A stretch of 64,000 nt of DNA from an uncultured Spirochaetota bacterium (GTDB taxonomy: Bacteria; Spirochaetota; Spirochaetia; SZUA-6; CAVTHK01), in assembly GCA_963734495.1 (NCBI GenBank), contig CAVTHK010000011.1, forward strand, positions 608,001 through 672,000, read 5' to 3'. Below the pieces are notes generated by a model. That model ran no database searches. It had not been told where the DNA came from and was given only the letters and a program-made list of their open reading frames with translations. Below, one piece after another: positions 58,974 to 64,000 of the stretch. Position 1 is the stretch's first letter; the number at the start of each line of letters is the position of its first letter. A program made the position numbers and the translations under genes.

Positions 58974-59888
58974 GTGAAGTCGACGAACGGTAAGGCGGGA
59001 AGGCTCACGTTCAGGTACCGGCAATACGCGGCCCCTCTTGTATTCATCGCGCCGTCTGTGGTGCTGCTTGTGGTGTTCAGGGTTCTGCCGATCTTCCAGT
59101 CTGCGCAGCTGTCGCTGACGGAGTTCAAGATTCTGAACCCCGCGCTGTCGAAGTTCGTGGGGCTGGACAACTACGTGAGGCTGTTCAACGACAAGCACGT
59201 GGGAGAGGCGCTGTGGAACACGCTGTACTACAGCGTGGGATCTGTGATACCCGGGATGCTGATCTCGCTTCTGTATGCGCTGGTGATCACGGAGCGGTGG
59301 TTCAAGTTCCAGAGCTTTGCCCGCGTGATCTTCTTTCTGCCTCATATTCTGTCGATCACGATCGCGGCGCTGATGTTCTCCTGGATGTACCATCCGAGCT
59401 TCGGGCTGTTCAACTTCATACTGCACGCGGTCGGGCTGAAAGACGTGCAGTGGCTGGGGGATCCGAGCACTGCGATGATGTCTGTGGTGATCATGGTGAT
59501 CTGGAGGGGTCTGGGCTACAACATCACGATCTGGTCTGCCGGGCTGCTGTCGATCCCGCTGGAGTACCGGGATGCGGCGAAGATCGACGGTGCGAGCTGG
59601 GTGAAAGAGTTCTGGTACGTGCGGTTCCCGATGCTGAGGCCCGTGTTCCTGTTCCTGGCTGTCTTGGGGTTCCTGAACACGTTCCAGGGGTTTGAATCGA
59701 TCTACGTTCTGACGGCGGGCGGTCCCGCCAACGCGACGCGGGTGATCGTGTTCTACCTGTGGCAGAACGCGTTCCAGTGGTACGAGATGGGGTACGCGTC
59801 TGCGATTGCGTGGATCCTGTTCATGATACTGATCAGCCTGACCTACCTGCAGTTCAAGCTGATGGGCACGCGTGAGGTGGAGGCATAG
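58974..59888 (+). CDS. Sugar ABC permease (MalF-type)
   Basis: FVGLDNY, WRGLGY, DAAKIDGA, LT.GGP. Confidence 0.93.
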   Translation: MKSTNGKAGRLTFRYRQYAAPLVFIAPSVVLLVVFRVLPIFQSAQLSLTEFKILNPALSKFVGLDNYVRLFNDKHVGEALWNTLYYSVGSVIPGMLISLLYALVITERWFKFQSFARVIFFLPHILSITIAALMFSWMYHPSFGLFNFILHAVGLKDVQWLGDPSTAMMSVVIMVIWRGLGYNITIWSAGLLSIPLEYRDAAKIDGASWVKEFWYVRFPMLRPVFLFLAVLGFLNTFQGFESIYVLTAGGPANATRVIVFYLWQNAFQWYEMGYASAIAWILFMILISLTYLQFKLMGTREVEA

Positions 59889-59890
59889 CC

Positions 59891-60727
59891 ATGGCTGGGA
59901 ACATCGGCCGGGGCGCACTGAGAGGCTTCCTGCACGTCGTGGTGGCGCTGACGCTGGTCTCGATGATCTTTCCGCTGCTGTGGATGATCTCGACGTCGCT
60001 CAAGACGTACTCGGACGCGCTGCAGTGGCCGCCGAGACTGATACCGCAGCCGGTGTACTGGCAGTCGTACTGGGAGGTGCTGACGACGACGGGGCTGCCG
60101 CGGGCTATTCTGAACTCGGGGTTCTACGCCGTGTTTGGCACGCTGGCGTCTGTGTTTGTCAGCGCGCTGGCCGGCTTCGCGTTTGCCAAGTACACTTTCC
60201 CGGCCAAGAGCGTGATCTTCGCGCTGATCCTGTCGACGATGATGGTGCCGTTCCACGTCACCCTGATACCGGTGTTCCTGATTCTGCGCAGGCTCCACTG
60301 GATCGACACGTACCTCGCCCTGATCGTTCCCGGGATTGCGAGCCCGTTCGGGATATTCCTCATCCGGCAGTTCGGGCTGGGGGTGCCGAGCGAGCTGTTC
60401 GAGTCGGCGCGGATCGACGGGTGCAAGGAGATCCGCATATTCTGGCAGATCTTCGTGCCGCTCTGCGCCCCGGCGATCTCGACGCTGTGCGTGCTGGACT
60501 TTCTGAACAGGTGGAACGATCTGTTCTGGCCGCTGATCGTGACGAACCGGCCGCAGATGCGCACGGTGCAGCTTGCGCTGACGCTGGTCAGCCGGAGTCT
60601 CTACGACGTCTTCTGGAACCAGCTCACCGCCGGGATGACGCTTGCGCTGATACCGGTGGTGTCGTTGTACGTGTTCTTCCAGCGCTACTTCACCCAGGGG
60701 ATCTCTCTGACAGGCATGAAGGGATAG
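59891..60727 (+). CDS. Sugar ABC permease (MalG-type)
   Basis: ELFESARIDG, WND.FWPLI, FQRYF.QGI..TGMKG. Confidence 0.93.
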   Translation: MAGNIGRGALRGFLHVVVALTLVSMIFPLLWMISTSLKTYSDALQWPPRLIPQPVYWQSYWEVLTTTGLPRAILNSGFYAVFGTLASVFVSALAGFAFAKYTFPAKSVIFALILSTMMVPFHVTLIPVFLILRRLHWIDTYLALIVPGIASPFGIFLIRQFGLGVPSELFESARIDGCKEIRIFWQIFVPLCAPAISTLCVLDFLNRWNDLFWPLIVTNRPQMRTVQLALTLVSRSLYDVFWNQLTAGMTLALIPVVSLYVFFQRYFTQGISLTGMKG

Positions 60728-60873
60728 ACGCGGGCTCTTCCGCCGGTGCTTGCACGGCCCTGGCCGTGGGCGACACATCCCGGGCGCGAAGCCGGCATCG
60801 CTGCGTGTGGCCGGGAGTCGCGCATCCCTCGGGGGACGGTGGACGCATGCGGCACGAGACGGATGGAAACGAA

Positions 60874-63555
60874 ATGGCTCAAGCGGGACTGCCCCGAGAG
60901 GTTCATTTCACCCTGGGCTCGCATCTGGACCTGTTCTGGATGGGAGCGGCACGCGACTGCCTCGACCGCGGAAGCGAGATCATCAAGACGGCGCTCGACC
61001 TGTGCCGGGCGCACGCGGATTACCGCTTCTACATCGAAACAACGGTGTTCGCGGAGCACTTCCTCGAGCAGCATCCTGAAGAAAAGCCCTACATGGCGGA
61101 GCTGCTCGCGGGCGGCAGGCTCGAGATTGGTGCCTCCTACGTCGATCGGGTCGAGCACATGCACGGGGGCGAGTCGATCCTGCGGCATCACGTGCTTGCG
61201 ATCCGGTGGATGCAGTCGACGTTCGGCCTCAGGCCGCGGAGCACGTGCCACTCGGATCTTCCGGGGCTGTCGCCCCAGGTTCCGCAGATCTGCGCGGGCT
61301 GCGGGATCGACTTCTACCTGAGGGCCCGCGGGCCATGCTCGGTCTTCCGATGGCGGGCGCCGAACGGATCCGAGATCATCTACGCCAGTTTCGGCTACGG
61401 CTACGGCCGCAAGAGCGTCGAGAGCATCGGCCAGGCGCTCTCGGAGGTCCGCCCGCCCGTTCCCGCGGTCCTGATGCGCGGTGGCTACAGCGATCTGGAA
61501 ATGGCCGATGCCGGCATTCTCGCCGTGGTCGACGCGTTGCGGCAGCGCCACGGCGATTCGATCAAGTTCTCGGTATCGTCGCCGACGCCGGTTCTCGACC
61601 GCTACCACCGCGACGCGGACGAGAGGAATCGTCTGCCCCTGATCAGCGGAGAATGGCCTTTCGGGTGGGGAAGCGCCGCCACCCTCGAGGTGGAGAACTT
61701 CCAGGCGAACCTCAACCTGGAGCGGCTGCTGCTGGCGGCCGAGAAGCTGGCCGTCGGGGCCCGAATGTACGGCCATGCGGTCAGTCCGCCGACCACCCGC
61801 GCCCTCTGGTGGTCCAGCCTCGGCAGGTACGCGCGGGAGATCGTTCCCCCGGAGATCCCGGCAGGCGAAGAGATCGCCGAGGCCTGGAAGGTCGCCCTGT
61901 TCACCCAGGATCACAACTACGGGGGGTTCTCCGCCGCGAGATCGGAGTACGACAGGCAGGTGATGCTCTCGTACGCGACGCAGTACGTACGCGCGATCGC
62001 GACGGAGAGCCTGGCCCGGATCGGAGGGCATGTTGGAATGCCCGAGGCTCTCGGCCAGAGGAATGTGAGGGGATTCGCGGGGGTTTTCAACCCGCTCGGC
62101 TGGGAGCGCGATGAGGCAGTGCTCCTCGTCCTGCCGGCTGACATGCGTGCGGATGCCATCGCGGTTTGCGAGGCCGGCGGTCGTGTCCTGCACCAGCAGG
62201 AGGAGGGCGGCGCCCTCAGGGTGTGCGTCCCGTCGATTCCCGCCCTGGGCTACACGCCGCTGTTTCTCGTGGATCGCCCTGTCGACTCGCGCGAGGCGGA
62301 TCCGCCTTCGCCCATATTCCACGAGCACCCGGGCGAATGGAATCGCAGGTTCCGCGAGTGGCAGGACGCGCTGCCGGCCCGCGAGGAGCCGTGGATCGCC
62401 GAAGCGCGCCGCGGCGGGGAGACGCTCGTCGAGACGGATCGATTCCGGGTGCAGCTCGATCCAGGCAGCGGGACGATCCCGTCCGTATACGACAGAGCCC
62501 TGGGCCGGGAGCTCTTTGAAGACGGTCCCCGGCGGTTTCTCGAATTGCTCGCCTATGAGGATCCGGGGATCGACGTCCGCTACAACTTTACCGGACGCTT
62601 CGCGACGGACGCGGAGACGCCTCATCGGCTGCGACGGGAGCTCTGCGGCGATGTCTCGGCGACCTATCTCTTCGAGGGGTCGCTCGAGCACGCGAGCGTC
62701 GAGAAGCGGCTGACGATCTACCGGCAGATCCCTGCGCTGGACCTCTCCGTGACCATCTACTGGTGGGGAAAGACGGGGGACCATGTCCGGCTGTGCCTGC
62801 CGTTCGCCCGATCCGGCTTTGCCGGCACCTGGTACGGCGTGCCGTTCTACGCGATGCAGTGGCCCCGGATGATGGAGGGGATCGACGAAGAGACCATCCT
62901 CGCCATGGGGCGGGCGCGCCACGATGAGATGCGGGCTGACGACCGGAGACATTTCCGCGAGATCAAGGAATGGCTCGATGTCGGGTACGCGGACTGGGGC
63001 ATCTGCCTGGGGACCCGCTGGCCGACCGTGTGGATCGACGGCAGCCGAATCGAGATCCCCCTCATCCGGAGCCAGCGAAGCTGCGGTGATCACGACCACT
63101 GGCCCCTGAACCCCGGCAGGCACACGTGGCAATTCCGCATCAGCCCGCACCGCGGGGACTGGCGCACGGCTCGCGCCTACAGGAGCGGCTGGGAGCTCGC
63201 TCATCCGACCCTCGTGGGACCGGTTTCGCCGCCCCGGTCCGCCGCGGATTCGGGCGCGTCGCTGCGCGGCGGCGTTTCGTTCGTCTCGGTCGACGGGGCC
63301 GGAGTGATCGTCACCGCGGTCAAGGCCGCCTACGACGACCCCGATGCCTGCGTCGTCCGCCTCTACGAGGCCGAAGGGCGCGCGACAGAGGTTCGGCTGA
63401 CCTGTCTTCGGGAGATCGTGGAGGCGAGTCAAGTCAATCTGCTCGAGGAGCCCCTCAGGCCGCTGGCCTGCGACGAGGGAACGGTGCGAGTGGCCGTCGG
63501 ATCGCACGAGATCAAGACCGTGATGATCCGGTGGCGTGCGCGAGGATCTGGCTGA
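60874..63555 (+). CDS. GH38 alpha-mannosidase-family glycoside hydrolase
   Basis: SHLDLFW (HxD Zn ligands), GESILR, SDLPG..PQ.PQI, FRWRAPNGS, VFNPLGWER, VRLYE; start may be 60847. Confidence 0.85.
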   Translation: MAQAGLPREVHFTLGSHLDLFWMGAARDCLDRGSEIIKTALDLCRAHADYRFYIETTVFAEHFLEQHPEEKPYMAELLAGGRLEIGASYVDRVEHMHGGESILRHHVLAIRWMQSTFGLRPRSTCHSDLPGLSPQVPQICAGCGIDFYLRARGPCSVFRWRAPNGSEIIYASFGYGYGRKSVESIGQALSEVRPPVPAVLMRGGYSDLEMADAGILAVVDALRQRHGDSIKFSVSSPTPVLDRYHRDADERNRLPLISGEWPFGWGSAATLEVENFQANLNLERLLLAAEKLAVGARMYGHAVSPPTTRALWWSSLGRYAREIVPPEIPAGEEIAEAWKVALFTQDHNYGGFSAARSEYDRQVMLSYATQYVRAIATESLARIGGHVGMPEALGQRNVRGFAGVFNPLGWERDEAVLLVLPADMRADAIAVCEAGGRVLHQQEEGGALRVCVPSIPALGYTPLFLVDRPVDSREADPPSPIFHEHPGEWNRRFREWQDALPAREEPWIAEARRGGETLVETDRFRVQLDPGSGTIPSVYDRALGRELFEDGPRRFLELLAYEDPGIDVRYNFTGRFATDAETPHRLRRELCGDVSATYLFEGSLEHASVEKRLTIYRQIPALDLSVTIYWWGKTGDHVRLCLPFARSGFAGTWYGVPFYAMQWPRMMEGIDEETILAMGRARHDEMRADDRRHFREIKEWLDVGYADWGICLGTRWPTVWIDGSRIEIPLIRSQRSCGDHDHWPLNPGRHTWQFRISPHRGDWRTARAYRSGWELAHPTLVGPVSPPRSAADSGASLRGGVSFVSVDGAGVIVTAVKAAYDDPDACVVRLYEAEGRATEVRLTCLREIVEASQVNLLEEPLRPLACDEGTVRVAVGSHEIKTVMIRWRARGSG

Positions 63556-63587
63556 CCGGCGTGACCGGCGGAAAGGAAGGCTGTTGC

Positions 63588-64000
63588 ATGGCAAAGGTGA
63601 GCGCGTATCTGGTTCCGTTCTCCCACCTGGATCTGTTCTGGCTCGGCGCTTACGAGGAGTGCCTCTCGAGAGGCAATCGCGTGATCGCCGAGGTGCTCGA
63701 GATGTGCGCCGCGCATCCGGAGTTCCGTTTTCTCCTCGAAGACGTCGTGTTCATCGAGCACTTCCTGCGCTGCCACCCGGAGAAGAAACAGGAGCTGGCG
63801 TCGCGGCTCAAGAACGGGCAGATCGAGGCGGGGCCCAAGTGGGCGGGCATCGACCAGACTCCCCAGCTCGGCGAAGACCTCGTGCGCAACTCGCTGTACT
63901 CCATTGACTACCTCGAACGCGAGCTCGGCTATACGCCTCAGGTCATGCACACCGGCGATCTGCCGGGCTGGACTCCGAACTATCCGCAGATACTCGAGAA
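63588..64000 (+). CDS. Second GH38-family glycoside hydrolase, 3'-partial
   Basis: MAKVSAYLVPFSHLDLFW..GEDLVRN..GDLPG..P.YPQI; SD AAGGAAGG; absent from the ORF track because it runs off the window. Confidence 0.85.
   Translation, partial: MAKVSAYLVPFSHLDLFWLGAYEECLSRGNRVIAEVLEMCAAHPEFRFLLEDVVFIEHFLRCHPEKKQELASRLKNGQIEAGPKWAGIDQTPQLGEDLVRNSLYSIDYLERELGYTPQVMHTGDLPGWTPNYPQILE

Noticed and set aside
34432-60727. Three sugar ABC clusters lacking an ATPase gene
   Set aside because: A shared MsmK/MalK-type ATPase encoded elsewhere is the normal situation for CUT1 transporters.
675-63950. Numerous long Arg/Ala/Pro/Gly-rich antisense and off-frame ORFs
   Set aside because: These are shadow ORFs of real high-GC genes, with no motifs or start signals.

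Overview
High-GC (about 70% by eye) bacterial chromosomal window. It is probably from an uncultured Spirochaetia-like organism, inferred only from the Cys-less 'FA-x-G-x-x-E' type N-termini of its solute-binding proteins. Content is mostly accessory metabolism. At the left end are a beta-carbonic anhydrase, an ANKH/MATE-like transporter, an ECF42-type sigma factor, a STAND-LuxR regulator, an AEC transporter, a BaiN flavoprotein and an Fe-S aldo/keto reductase. These are followed by a cluster of small GYD-like barrel proteins, a polyol/sugar-acid dehydrogenase operon with ComB and an AraC regulator. The middle holds a DUF4038 glycosidase with an Opp-type ABC system, a complete beta-oxidation cluster, an Lpl-type ABC system, mmsA and a MATE pump. 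The right part has two sugar-utilisation loci (isomerase/PfkB/RpiB/YicI; enolase-superfamily enzyme/two-component system/ABC/two GH38). The most notable items are (1) a lower-GC three-gene islet at 16.7-17.8 kb encoding a stand-alone Tse2-like ADP-ribosyltransferase-fold toxin, an acidic immunity-like protein and an unknown third protein, and (2) a 21-bp-periodic GACGG-N4-GGACA motif upstream of all three GYD-like genes. About 15 frameshifts, mostly single-base insertions in otherwise intact genes, look like long-read consensus errors. No tRNA, rRNA, CRISPR array or transposase was recognised. All family calls are by motif recognition, with no database search.
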